Source: Coriobacteriia bacterium
Lineage (GTDB): Bacteria > Actinomycetota > Coriobacteriia > Anaerosomatales > PHET01
NCBI GenBank assembly: GCA_034370385.1
Contig: JAXMKZ010000044.1
Location: 44,562 to 108,561, forward strand
Reading direction: 5' to 3'
Length of the DNA: 64,000 nucleotides
Shown: positions 11,806 to 21,117 of the stretch, in pieces
Numbering within the stretch: position 1 is the stretch's first letter
Layout: each line of letters begins with the position of its first letter
Translations under genes and position numbers: made by a program
Notes under the pieces: generated by a model
Databases searched by the model: none
What the model was told of the DNA's origin: nothing
What the model saw: the letters and a program-made list of their open reading frames with translations, nothing else

Positions 11806-13029
11806 TCAGCGGTCGGTAGCTGCCGCCGATGAAAGGGTCGTCAGCACCTGCTCGGCGAGGATGTCGCGAGCGAAGCGCGATTCGGCCAACCCCCGCCCCC
11901 GTGTTCCCATGTCCGCGCGCGCCGCTTCGTCGTCCGCCAGCCGGATGACCGCCTCGGCGAGCGCATCTCCGTCACCGGCGGGGAAGTACATCCCGGCGCC
12001 GTCACTCTCGACGATCTCGCGTGTCCAGCCGTCGGAGTTGACGATCACGGGTCTACCGGAGGCCAGCGCGTCGAAGAACTTGTTCGGCGAGTTGGTGGCA
12101 AGGATGGGCTTGTCGGCGAAGAGGACGAGCAGCACGTCGGCGGTGCGGGTGAAGCGGGGAACCTCGGCCTTGGGCATCGAGCCCGCGATGACGACGTTGG
12201 GCAAGCCGTCGCATCGGCGCTGCAGCTCGTCGACGCTCTTGCCCGCCCCGGCGATCAGGAACACGATGTCGGTCCGACCCTCACGCAGCAGGCGGCTTGC
12301 CGCCGCCGGGACGTTGTCCTCGACCGCATTGCTCGGGCCGATCGCACCGGCGTACCCGACGACGAAGCGGTCGCCCAGCCCGTAGCGTGCCACGAGTTCG
12401 GCGTCGCGCGGCCCCGGCGAGAAGAGGTCGAGATCACTCGAGTTCGGTACCATGACGACCCGCTCGGGGGGGATACCCTCGCCGATGACCCCGGCGGCCA
12501 TCCCGGGCGAGAGCGCCACGACTCGCTTGGCGCGGCGGTACAGGAAGCGTTCGAGCCCCTTAGCGACCTTCTCGAGCATGCCGCCGCGCCGAATCGCACC
12601 CATCTGCACCGCAGCCTCGGGCCACAGGTCACGGACCTCGAAGACGAACGGCGTCCTGCGAAGCGCGGCGGCGAGCCACCCGGGGATGCCCACCGTGAGC
12701 GGCGTGGAGGTCGCGAAGACGACATCGTGACGACCCGCCGTGACCGCGAGCCATGTGGCGCCGGTCATGAACGTGGCGAAGGCGCCGATTCGCCGCCAGG
12801 TCCCCATGCGGTTGTCGTAGGCGACACGCACACTCCGCACACGGATACCGTCGATCTCGCCCTCGGCGAAGAGGCGCTCGGAGTACGGTGCGGGCAGCCG
12901 CGAGGCCGAGGTGATGACCGTGACCTCATGGCCCTGCTCCACCCAGCGCCGAGCGAACTCGTACGAGCGGATGAGCCCGAGTGAGGACTCGCGCGTGGCG
13001 AAGAACTGGTGGATGTAGAGGATGCGCAC
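11806..13029 (-). CDS. GT4-family glycosyltransferase
   Basis: Frame of ORF 11806-13131. Likely GTG start at 13029 (VRILYIHQFFATRES...). GT-B C-terminal pattern ...SPNKFFDALASGRPVIV.... The upstream 34 codons overlap the ugd 3' end. Confidence 0.85.
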   Translation of the reverse strand: MRILYIHQFFATRESSLGLIRSYEFARRWVEQGHEVTVITSASRLPAPYSERLFAEGEIDGIRVRSVRVAYDNRMGTWRRIGAFATFMTGATWLAVTAGRHDVVFATSTPLTVGIPGWLAAALRRTPFVFEVRDLWPEAAVQMGAIRRGGMLEKVAKGLERFLYRRAKRVVALSPGMAAGVIGEGIPPERVVMVPNSSDLDLFSPGPRDAELVARYGLGDRFVVGYAGAIGPSNAVEDNVPAAASRLLREGRTDIVFLIAGAGKSVDELQRRCDGLPNVVIAGSMPKAEVPRFTRTADVLLVLFADKPILATNSPNKFFDALASGRPVIVNSDGWTREIVESDGAGMYFPAGDGDALAEAVIRLADDEAARADMGTRGRGLAESRFARDILAEQVLTTLSSAAATDR

Positions 13030-13051
13030 TCGAGAAGCTCCTGCCGGGACT

Positions 13052-14377
13052 TCAGCCGCGGTGGGCGCCGGGGCGACCGACCGCCATGTAGGTGCAGCCC
13101 GCTGCGGTGACGGCGGCGCCGTCGAGCGCATTGCGGCCGTCGAAGATGATCGCCGGGTCAGCCATCACGGAGCGCACGCGCGCCCAGTCCAGATCGACGA
13201 GCTCGGGCCACTCGGTGACGAGTATGGCCGCTGAGGCGCCTTCGAGCGCCTCCCACACGGTGTCGCAGCGCACCGCCTCGCCCAAGTCGAGCGGTGCAGC
13301 GAGCGGGTCGTAGCAGCGCACGCGCGCACCTTCCTCAAGGAAGAGCGGGACGATGTCGATGGCGGGGCTCTCGCGCACGTCGTCGGTATGCGGCTTGAAG
13401 GCCAGCCCGAGGACGGCGACGGTGCGCTCGTGAAGGTCGGGGAGGGCCTTGGCGAGGTGGATCACCGGCAGAAGGCGCTGGCGGTTGTTCACATCGATGA
13501 CGGCCTTGAGCAGGTCGAACTGGTAGCCGTTGAGCGTCGAGATGAAGTCGAGCGCGCGCGTGTCCTTCGGGAAGCACGAGCCCCCGTAGCCGATGCCGGC
13601 GCCCAGGAAGTGGCGCCCGATGCGCACGTCCAAGCCCATACCCTCGGCCACGGCGTCCACATCGGCGCCCACGCAGTCGCACACGTTGGCGATCTCGTTG
13701 ATGAAGCTGATCTTCGTGGAGAGGAAGGCATTGCTCGCGTACTTGATGGTCTCGGCGCTCGCTACATCGGTCTTGACGATGGGGCACTCAAGGCCCGATG
13801 CGACGCAACGGTCGACGAGCGGCTGATAGACGGCGGCCACACGCTCGATGTCTGCCGGGCTCGATCCACCGAGCACGATGCGGTCGGGTTCGAAGAAGTC
13901 GCGGATGGCGGTGCCTTCGCGCAGGAACTCGGGGTTGGACACGTAGCCGATCGTGGCGCTCGCGTGGGCCAGGAAGCGGGCGAGCAGCGTCGCACCCGTC
14001 CCGGGGGGCACCGTCGACTTCATGACGAGCGTCATCTCAGACGTCGCGGCATCGGCTATCGAGCCGACCGCCGAGCGCACGTAGGAGAGGTCAGCGGCTC
14101 CGTTCTCCGCCATCGGCGTACCCACGGCCACGAAGACCACCTCAGAGAGCAGGGGCGCCCAGCCGTTCTCGGGTGTGGCGAAGCTCAGGCGGCCGGCCTC
14201 GACGTTGGCGTGGATGAGGTCCTCGATGCCCGGCTCGTAGATGGGGCTGATGCCGCGCGAGAGGCGCTCGATCTTGACGGGGTCGATGTCGACGCACGTG
14301 ACGGAGTGCCCCAGCTCGGCCAGGCACACGCCCTGCACGAGGCCGACGTATCCGGTTCCGACGACGGTGACCTGCAT
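13052..14377 (-). CDS. ugd: UDP-glucose 6-dehydrogenase
   Basis: Frame of ORF 13052-14503. ATG 14377 gives MQVTVVGTGYVGLVQGVCLAELGH. Catalytic GYGGSCFPKDT and C-terminal VLGLAFKPHTDDVRESPA. Confidence 0.92.
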   Translation of the reverse strand: MQVTVVGTGYVGLVQGVCLAELGHSVTCVDIDPVKIERLSRGISPIYEPGIEDLIHANVEAGRLSFATPENGWAPLLSEVVFVAVGTPMAENGAADLSYVRSAVGSIADAATSEMTLVMKSTVPPGTGATLLARFLAHASATIGYVSNPEFLREGTAIRDFFEPDRIVLGGSSPADIERVAAVYQPLVDRCVASGLECPIVKTDVASAETIKYASNAFLSTKISFINEIANVCDCVGADVDAVAEGMGLDVRIGRHFLGAGIGYGGSCFPKDTRALDFISTLNGYQFDLLKAVIDVNNRQRLLPVIHLAKALPDLHERTVAVLGLAFKPHTDDVRESPAIDIVPLFLEEGARVRCYDPLAAPLDLGEAVRCDTVWEALEGASAAILVTEWPELVDLDWARVRSVMADPAIIFDGRNALDGAAVTAAGCTYMAVGRPGAHRG

Positions 14378-14593
14378 CCTTGCCCCTCTTTCGCTATCGG
14401 CTGCGCGCAGAGGCGCGCGATTTCGTCTGCGTGCAACCCTACCAGAGCGGACCGACACCGTGTTGACGCTGCGCACGCCGTCACGGGGCCGTAACGGGGC
14501 CACTCGTCACCCGCACGTCACCGTCGACCACGCTGCTCGGTGCTACCATTCCCCTGGGGTAATCGGGTATTCAAGCCACCGAGAAGGGCGCGC

Positions 14594-16165
14594 GTGCTCA
14601 AAGAGCTCAGGCGAGTCTTCAAAGACACGGTCATCTACGGCATGGGCAGTCTGTTGCCCAAGGCCGCGGGCCTCATCCTCATGCCCATCTACACGCGGGT
14701 GCTCTCTACAGCCGACTACGGCATCTACTCGCTGTCGATGATGATCGCCTCGATGGTGGGTGTGGTGATGGCGCTGGGGCAGCCCGGCTCGCTCACGCTG
14801 CATTTGCGCCACAAGATCGCCGAAGAGGGCGAGACGCGCGACCTGCTGTTCACGGTGGTCACGTTCGTCATGGGTGCCGGTGCGCTCATGCTGGGTGTGT
14901 TGTACCTGCTGGGGCCTGCGCTGGTCCCCCACATCACCAAGAACGGCGAGCTCACGTTCGCGCCCTACGTGATTCTGGCGCTGCTCATCGCCTACGCCGG
15001 GTTGCCGCTGGCCATGCAGCAGGCGGTCAATAGGGCGAAGGGGCAGGCGAAGACCCACACGCTGTTCCAGCTGGCGCAGTTCACGCTCAACACGGCGTTC
15101 ACACTGTACTTCGTGGTGGCGCTCAGGCAGGGGCCGGCGGGCTCGCTCAAGGGCACGCTGACCGCTGCGCTGCTGGTGGCGCCGGTGGCGCTCATCATGC
15201 TGGCGAAGCAGATGCGGCCGCGCTTCTCGATGACGTGGCTCAAGGCGAGCCTGCGCTTCGGCCTGCCGCTGGTGCCGCACTACTTCGCCGGCTGGCTGCT
15301 GGCGTTCGCGGACCGGGCTCTGTTGGCGCGGTTGGGCACGATGTCAGACGTGGGCCTGTACTCGGTGGCCTACAACCTGTCGATGGCGCTGAACCTGTTC
15401 TCGACGGCGATCAATCAGGCGTGGGGGCCGATCTACTACGACCTGTCGGACTCGGATGAGGGCCGCGCAATGCTGCCGCGGCTCACGAGTGTGTATGCGG
15501 CCGCGGTGGCCGGCATCGCGATGGCGTTCACGCTGCTGGCGCCCGAGGCGCTTCCGATACTGGCCGCACCCGCGTTCGCCGGCGCGAAGATCGTGATCCC
15601 GCTCGTGGCGGCCGGCTACTTCTTCTTTGCGCTGTACATGGTGCTGTCCACACCCATCTTCTATGCGAAGAAGACGAAGTACGTTCCGCTCGTGTCGGGG
15701 GCGGCCGCGGTGCTCAATATCGCGTTGAACCTGTGGTGGATACCCCTGTGGGGCATGATGGGCGCGGCGGCGGCCACGCTCGTGGCCTACGCGTTCATGG
15801 CGGGTGTCTCGCGCACGTTCTCGGGACGGTTGCGCCCGGGCGCTTTCGAGGATTCACGGCTCGTCAGGATCATCGTGGTCTACTTCGTCTCGGTGGCGGC
15901 CGCCTACGGCATCATGGCGTTGGAGCTTCGTCCGCTGGCGAGCATCCCGCTGGCGCTCGCGGCGCTCGCCGGCTGCATCGGGCTGCTGTTCGTGATGGGT
16001 GTCGTGACGCGCGACGAGGTTCGCCAGATGATCGAGCGCGTGCGCTCGCGCACGCAACGCAAGCAGCGTGCGAAGGCTGATGAGGCGGCGCTTGAGGCCC
16101 GCGAGGCAGAGGCAGCGGGAGCGTCGCCGGACGCGAGCGGGTTCGACCCTGACGACCAGCGGTAG
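14594..16165 (+). CDS. Wzx-like polysaccharide flippase (MOP/polysaccharide-biosynthesis-protein superfamily)
   Basis: Frame of ORF 14540-16165. GTG 14594 follows GAGAAGGG. About 12-14 hydrophobic segments. Typical N-terminus ...VIYGMGSLLPKAAGLILMPIYTRVLSTADYG. Charged C-terminal tail. Confidence 0.8.
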   Translation: MLKELRRVFKDTVIYGMGSLLPKAAGLILMPIYTRVLSTADYGIYSLSMMIASMVGVVMALGQPGSLTLHLRHKIAEEGETRDLLFTVVTFVMGAGALMLGVLYLLGPALVPHITKNGELTFAPYVILALLIAYAGLPLAMQQAVNRAKGQAKTHTLFQLAQFTLNTAFTLYFVVALRQGPAGSLKGTLTAALLVAPVALIMLAKQMRPRFSMTWLKASLRFGLPLVPHYFAGWLLAFADRALLARLGTMSDVGLYSVAYNLSMALNLFSTAINQAWGPIYYDLSDSDEGRAMLPRLTSVYAAAVAGIAMAFTLLAPEALPILAAPAFAGAKIVIPLVAAGYFFFALYMVLSTPIFYAKKTKYVPLVSGAAAVLNIALNLWWIPLWGMMGAAAATLVAYAFMAGVSRTFSGRLRPGAFEDSRLVRIIVVYFVSVAAAYGIMALELRPLASIPLALAALAGCIGLLFVMGVVTRDEVRQMIERVRSRTQRKQRAKADEAALEAREAEAAGASPDASGFDPDDQR

Positions 16166-16227
16166 GGGTTGGCGGCGCTGGAATCACTCCGCCGACAAGC
16201 ACGGCGTTGAGTGGGTATATTCCGTCT

Positions 16228-16324
16228 GTCTCCGAGCGCTGCGACCTAACGGAACCAACCCACGGTCGCAGAGCCGATAGGGTCGGATGTGGAAACCCTC
16301 CGGCCTCCCGTTCGGAAAGGGGAC
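16228..16324 (+). ncRNA. Candidate molybdenum-cofactor (Moco) riboswitch aptamer
   Basis: P1 is GUCUCC (16228-33) / GGGGAC (16319-24). Two hairpins: CTGCGACC/GGTCGCAG, and GCCG..AGGGU/ACCCU.CGGC. 3' string GCCUCCCGUUCGGAAAGG resembles the E. coli moaA Moco motif as I recall it. No covariance-model search was run. Confidence 0.45.
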
Positions 16325-16481
16325 CCTAGAGGGCGGAGCATTGCGCCCGGTCTGCCTTTCCCGACCAAGGGAAGGGCTTTTCTCTTCCCTGGTGCGGGCG
16401 CAACGGCGTGCGCCCGGAGACCCCCCGCAGAGGGGGTCGAATCGGTCGAAGGAGTTCGACCTGAGGGGAAGGGGCAGCAGG

Positions 16482-17945
16482 ATGAAAAGACGTTTGGTTC
16501 TACTGGGGATGGCGGTGCTGGGACTGGCGTTAGTGTTGGTCGCGACGGTGTCGCCGAGTGCACAGGCCGCGTATCGGCACGCCGGAGAGATGGATTCGGA
16601 CTACTTCTTGACCGCACATCCGGAGGCCGAGGCGACGAAGCTCGACTCCTGCACGCTGTGTCATCGTGGCGGCACGGTGGGTAAGGCGGCGCTTGGTAGC
16701 TGTGAGTGGTGCCACTACACATACGGGTACGACGAGCATGGCGACATCACGAACACGCTCAATCCCTACGGGATGGACTATCGCGCCGCCGGGAGCGACG
16801 TCGCTGCGGTGGCGGCGATCGATGGTATGGACTCGGATGGTGACGGGTACAGCAACAACGACGAGATCGCTGCGGTGCGCTACCCTGGCGACGCCGGCGA
16901 CGACCCCACCAAGGTCGAAGCTCCCTATCGCGTCTACACGCTGGCCGAGATCGAGGCCATGCCTTCACAGACGCAGTTCCAGCTCATGAACACCCACAAG
17001 TCGGGCGACTACTACGCCGAGTACACCGGCGTGCCCATGGAGTACCTCCTTGACGACGCCGGGATGCTGTCCTCAGCCACGGGCATCGATGTCTTGGCCG
17101 CCGACGGGTTCGGAGTCACGCACCCTCTCGATCCCACGACCGGCTGGTACCACGTGCGGGGCGTATACCCGCAGTCCACGTTCTACTACGACGAAGAGGC
17201 CGACAAGGCGATCAACCCGTTCGGCTGGTGTGACTACAGCGCGCTGTCGGTGGCAGGACGCACCAACGGCGACCCGATCGTGGTCAATGGGGGGAGTCGT
17301 CTGCTGCTTGCCTACAAGTACGAAGGGCAGCACCTGACCCCGGGCTCGATCAACTCAGCCGGAAAGCTCCTTGGCGAGGGTCCCTTCCGCGTTGTGCCTC
17401 CACAGCGAGTTCCCGGCCCGCCGGATCAAGCATCGACCTCGCTTGTACAGGATGTGATCTGGCCCTTCGATGCAGCCGAGATCACCACCGACCACAATGC
17501 TGGGTTCTCCTCGAAATGCGTGACGGTGGTCAAGGTGGGGCCGCTTCCCGCGGGGACGACCGATATCGACACGCTCGAGGCCGGCTGGGAGTACGTTCGT
17601 GACGGCAAGGTCGTCGTGTACGGCGCCATCGATCCGGTACCGACGGTTCTCGCCAAGGGTGCGGGACTACTGGAGTTCGTCGAATCCCTTGGGAGAGAGG
17701 ACGTGCGCTCGAAGAACCTGGGCCGAGCGTATGAGCAGAAGATCAGTGCGTTCCTCAAGCAGGTCGACCGGGGCGCCGTCAATGGTGCGAGCAACAAGAT
17801 CACAAGCGACCTGTTGCCGAAGGTCGACGGCGTGGTCGAGTCAGGCGCGCCGGATGGCAATGACTGGGTCACCGACCCGGGCGCCCAGCGGCGCATCTAC
17901 TGGTCGCTGCAGGAACTGCTCGTGCTTCTCTCCATAGAGGGGTAG
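16482..17945 (+). CDS. Secreted dihaem c-type cytochrome fused to a sulfite-oxidase-like (molybdopterin-binding-fold-like) domain; contains a GEGP motif
   Basis: Frame of ORF 16287-17945. ATG 16482 gives signal peptide MKRRLVLLGMAVLGLALVLVATVSPSAQA. Two CxxCH motifs (CTLCH at 16650, CEWCH at 16701). EF-hand-type loop DSDGDGYSNNDE. LLLAYKYEGQHL...LLGEGPFRVVPP parallels LLAYEMNGEPL...FPLRLVVPG of the sulfite oxidase/YedY family. Confidence 0.7.
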   Translation: MKRRLVLLGMAVLGLALVLVATVSPSAQAAYRHAGEMDSDYFLTAHPEAEATKLDSCTLCHRGGTVGKAALGSCEWCHYTYGYDEHGDITNTLNPYGMDYRAAGSDVAAVAAIDGMDSDGDGYSNNDEIAAVRYPGDAGDDPTKVEAPYRVYTLAEIEAMPSQTQFQLMNTHKSGDYYAEYTGVPMEYLLDDAGMLSSATGIDVLAADGFGVTHPLDPTTGWYHVRGVYPQSTFYYDEEADKAINPFGWCDYSALSVAGRTNGDPIVVNGGSRLLLAYKYEGQHLTPGSINSAGKLLGEGPFRVVPPQRVPGPPDQASTSLVQDVIWPFDAAEITTDHNAGFSSKCVTVVKVGPLPAGTTDIDTLEAGWEYVRDGKVVVYGAIDPVPTVLAKGAGLLEFVESLGREDVRSKNLGRAYEQKISAFLKQVDRGAVNGASNKITSDLLPKVDGVVESGAPDGNDWVTDPGAQRRIYWSLQELLVLLSIEG

Positions 17946-17959
17946 GTGGCTTCGCGAAG

Positions 17960-17988
17960 GCGGGGGCCTGCATCCGACAGGCCCCCGC
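17960..17988 (+). terminator. Intrinsic terminator-like hairpin
   Basis: GCGGGGGCCTG (17960-70) / CAGGCCCCCGC (17978-88), followed by TTTCC. It lies 15 nt after the stop at 17945. Confidence 0.65.
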
Positions 17989-18154
17989 TTTCCTATGCGT
18001 GTCAGTCACCTGTGGACCCGGCTCAGGCTCGACCGGCTCGGCGAAGTGGACGCCAACCCGCAGGGGCTGGGCGAAGGCGTCCGCAGTCTTCGATCGTGAG
18101 GCGCGCCGCACCGGTGTGGCTGGGGAATAGGCTCGAAGACGGAAAGGGTTCAGC

Positions 18155-19123
18155 GTGAAGGCGGTCATCCAGTCAGGGTACGGCTCGGCGGACGTGATTG
18201 AACTCGCGGAGGTCGGCAAGCCGACGCCCGGCAAAGGCGAGGTTCTCGTCCGCGTGATGGCGGCCTCGCTTGCCGCAGGCGACTACTACGGGATGCGGGG
18301 CACGCCTTTTCCCGTGCGTTTCATCATGGGGCTTTTCAAGCCGAAACCGGGATACGTCGTAGGGCTCGACTTCGCTGGCGTCGTCGAGTCGGTGGGGCCC
18401 GATGTGACAGCGTTTCGCCCGGGCGACGAGGTCTACGGCGAGGGCCGCGGCGCGTGTGCTGAGTACGCCGTTGCGCGGGCGGACCGTCTCGCGCCCAAGC
18501 CAATGGGTCTCACCTTCGAGCAGGCAGCGGCCGTGCCGACATCCGGGTGCACCGCCTACGAGGCGCTGCGTGTGCACGGCAAGGTGCAGCCGGGGCAGCA
18601 CGTGCTCATCAACGGCGCGTCGGGTGGCGTGGGAACCTTTGCCGTACAGATCGCCAAGGCGCTGGGCGCGGAGGTGACGGCTGTGTGCAGCACGCGCAAC
18701 GTTGAGACGGCGCGCTCGCTGGGAGCCGACCATGTCATCGACTACACGAAGGAGGACTTCACCCAAGGCGGGCCGCGCTACGACCTGATCCTCGATAACG
18801 TGGGGAGCCATTCGCTGTCGGCTGCTCGCCGCGCGCTGAAGCCTGAGGGGGTACACCTCCCGAGCAGCGGCCACGCGGGCATGGGGTGGATCATCGCGGC
18901 GGGACTACAGTCGGTTGTCGTTCGCCAGCAGGGGGCACCATTCACTGCGTTCGCGACAAGCGACAACCTGCGCGGGGTCACTGAGCTCATCGACGCTGGC
19001 AGGGTTGCGCCACTCATCGACCGTGCACTCCCGCTAGAGGATACCGCCGAGGCGTTCCGGTACCTAGACACGGGCCACGCGCGGGGGAAGGTGGTCATTC
19101 GAGTGAGGCCCGACGGTGAGTAG
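18155..19123 (+). CDS. Medium-chain dehydrogenase/reductase, NADPH:quinone oxidoreductase-like
   Basis: 322 aa. GEVLVRVMAASLAAGD..., nucleotide-binding INGASGGVGTFAVQIAKALGAEV, C-terminal GHARGKVVI. Confidence 0.85.
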   Translation: MKAVIQSGYGSADVIELAEVGKPTPGKGEVLVRVMAASLAAGDYYGMRGTPFPVRFIMGLFKPKPGYVVGLDFAGVVESVGPDVTAFRPGDEVYGEGRGACAEYAVARADRLAPKPMGLTFEQAAAVPTSGCTAYEALRVHGKVQPGQHVLINGASGGVGTFAVQIAKALGAEVTAVCSTRNVETARSLGADHVIDYTKEDFTQGGPRYDLILDNVGSHSLSAARRALKPEGVHLPSSGHAGMGWIIAAGLQSVVVRQQGAPFTAFATSDNLRGVTELIDAGRVAPLIDRALPLEDTAEAFRYLDTGHARGKVVIRVRPDGE

Positions 19124-19262
19124 CGACGGCGTGATCGCGACAAGGAGCGGTGCGGCGATGTGCTCATCGCCGTGATCATGCTGGTCCCCATCGTCATGCT
19201 CGTTTCGAGCCTGCTCGTGCCGTACCCGGCGATTCGCTGGGTGGCGGCTCAGCTGACGTCGC

Positions 19263-21095
19263 CTAGCCCCACCTCGACGCCATGATCGCGTCCGCGAGCC
19301 TCTCGGTCGCGCGACCGTCGAGTGGCCCGTTGTAGCGCTCGTTGAATCGGGCGAGTTGCCCTGGGTCCGGACCGCCAAAACGCCCAGCAAACGCATCATC
19401 GAGCAGCTGTCGTACTTCGACGGCACTGCGACCTTCTCGCCCGATGCCCTCGCGGACGAACGGCACCTCCTGGATGCCGTCATCCGGGTTGATGACCACG
19501 AGTGGCTTGCCCATCGCGGCAGCTTCGAAGCCCACCGACGACACGTGCACGGTCACCACGTCCGATATCGCGATCAGGTCGATCAACCGGGAGTCGCGCG
19601 GCGCGATCGCGTGGGCAAGCTCGGGGTTCCGAGCCAAGACGCGCTCGTACGGCAGTTCGCGGCCTGCGCCTTGGGGGTGCAGCTTCACGACGAGGAGGGC
19701 TTCAGGCATCGACGCGAGTGCGCCGATCAGCGCGCCGAACGCCCGCTCCATCGAGCTGCCGGAGAGCCGGTGACTCGTGTAGTTGGCCGCGAACGTCACC
19801 AGGCGCCGTGGCTCGGTGGCGTTGAGCCCGAGCGAGGCCAGTACGTCTTCGCGCCTGGGGGGCTGGGCCGCAACCGCGCGGTCGAGCCGGGGGTCTCCGG
19901 TGACGACTACGTGCGCGCTCGGGGTACCGAGCGATGTCAGAACCTCCGCGTAGGCTGGTCCGTAGACAGCGAACGTTGAAAAGGGCATGGCGGCCCACTG
20001 TGGGATGTCGTGGATTATGCCGTGCTGCACGCAGGTGACGGGGATGTTTCGCGCCTCAGCCATGCAGGTGAGGGGGGTGACGATGCGGTTCGTCTCGCCG
20101 AGCAACACCAGCCGCTCGCACGCGAGATCGTCGAGCACTCGACCTGCGCGCGACAGCAACGTGGGAGCCGTGACGCCTGCGTGCGCTGCGACATCAGCGG
20201 CGAAGACCCCGGCGACCGGAGCGAGCTGTTCGGGCAGGTCGGCTTCGATGGAGCGAACCGCTGCGCTGCGGCGCACGGCGAATCGGGCGAGAATGCCGAG
20301 CGGATAGGGGTCCACCCAGTCGCGGCCGTCGACGGTCAAGTCGCTCGTGAAGCTGCTGCTCAGGGTCCGTCCGTCAGTGGAGAGGTCGACTTTGACGACA
20401 GCGTGGCCACGGTCGCGCAGGAGCGCGACCGCAGGGCCGGCGATCGCCTCGTCGCGGATCGCCTGGGTCACGAAGCCGACCAGCGGTCCCCGAGTCTCGG
20501 CAAGCGAGCGGGCGGCCGCGCGGGCGCGCGAGCGCTGGGAGGCATGACGCGCGTGTCGAAGCGACCCTCGGAGAGAGCGTGCGAACGGCGCGCTCACGCC
20601 CGGAAGCAACGATGGGCGCGCCACGGGCGGTGGAGGCGCATCGGCGACGAGTTCGGCGAGGAAAGCGGCCGTCAACGGGTCGAGACCATCCGTGCGGACC
20701 TCGGCGCCTGCTGGGACGCGGTTCGCCACAGCGGCGGCCGTGCGCCGAGCACGAGCGGCAGCGAAGCCGATGCCGTGCTGCACGATGCGACGAGTCACAA
20801 GCGCCACGCGCTCGGCGTGCTCGCCAGAGTGCCCTGTGGCACGGGCGGCAACCGGTGCGACGTCGCAGGCCCATCTCCACGCGTCCGCCTCGATCTCGCG
20901 GCGCTCAGCGTCCATCTCGAGGTACTCGCACGAAGCGTCGGGGTCCGCATCGGATAATGCGGCCCATGCCTGCCAGTCGAGGAAGATGGTGTGAACTCCC
21001 GCGCCGGTGGCGGTGGAGGTCGATGCCGCCGCATCAGGTCCGATGACAAGCACGCGCGTCGGCACCTGGGGCAAGGATGTGGGGGTGGTGTCCAT
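19263..21095 (-). CDS. Hypothetical 610-aa protein. The C-terminal half has a GT-B/TagF-like transferase pattern. The N-terminal ~300 aa are unassigned.
   Basis: C-terminal pattern VVVTGDPRLDR...LVTFAANYTS...LLVVKLHPQ...IDLIAISDVVTVHVSSVGFEAAAMGKPLVV resembles CDP-glycerol glycerophosphotransferase/capsule polymerase-type folds. No clear SD before ATG 21095, so the start is uncertain. Confidence 0.45.
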   Translation of the reverse strand: MDTTPTSLPQVPTRVLVIGPDAAASTSTATGAGVHTIFLDWQAWAALSDADPDASCEYLEMDAERREIEADAWRWACDVAPVAARATGHSGEHAERVALVTRRIVQHGIGFAAARARRTAAAVANRVPAGAEVRTDGLDPLTAAFLAELVADAPPPPVARPSLLPGVSAPFARSLRGSLRHARHASQRSRARAAARSLAETRGPLVGFVTQAIRDEAIAGPAVALLRDRGHAVVKVDLSTDGRTLSSSFTSDLTVDGRDWVDPYPLGILARFAVRRSAAVRSIEADLPEQLAPVAGVFAADVAAHAGVTAPTLLSRAGRVLDDLACERLVLLGETNRIVTPLTCMAEARNIPVTCVQHGIIHDIPQWAAMPFSTFAVYGPAYAEVLTSLGTPSAHVVVTGDPRLDRAVAAQPPRREDVLASLGLNATEPRRLVTFAANYTSHRLSGSSMERAFGALIGALASMPEALLVVKLHPQGAGRELPYERVLARNPELAHAIAPRDSRLIDLIAISDVVTVHVSSVGFEAAAMGKPLVVINPDDGIQEVPFVREGIGREGRSAVEVRQLLDDAFAGRFGGPDPGQLARFNERYNGPLDGRATERLADAIMASRWG

Positions 21096-21099
21096 GTGC

Positions 21100-21117
21100 C
21101 CATACGATACCGTATGG
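21100..21117. promoter_or_regulatory. 18-bp perfect palindrome in a divergent intergenic region (candidate operator)
   Basis: CCATACG-ATAC-CGTATGG. It begins 5 nt upstream of the annotated minus-strand start at 21095. A TATACT -10-like hexamer for the plus-strand gene sits at 21163-21168. Confidence 0.35.

Noticed and set aside
16287-16481. N-terminal extension of the dihaem ORF from ATG 16287
   Set aside because: The extension is Arg/Gly/Pro-rich and overlaps the structured leader. A canonical signal peptide begins at ATG 16482 after a GA-rich RBS.
19160-19285. 41-codon hydrophobic ORF (VLIAVIMLVPIVMLVSSLLVPYPAIRWVAAQLTSPSPTSTP) after the quinone reductase gene
   Set aside because: It has a GTG start with a poorly spaced AAGGAG (12 nt). 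It overlaps the 3' end of the convergent 610-aa gene. There is nothing to support translation.
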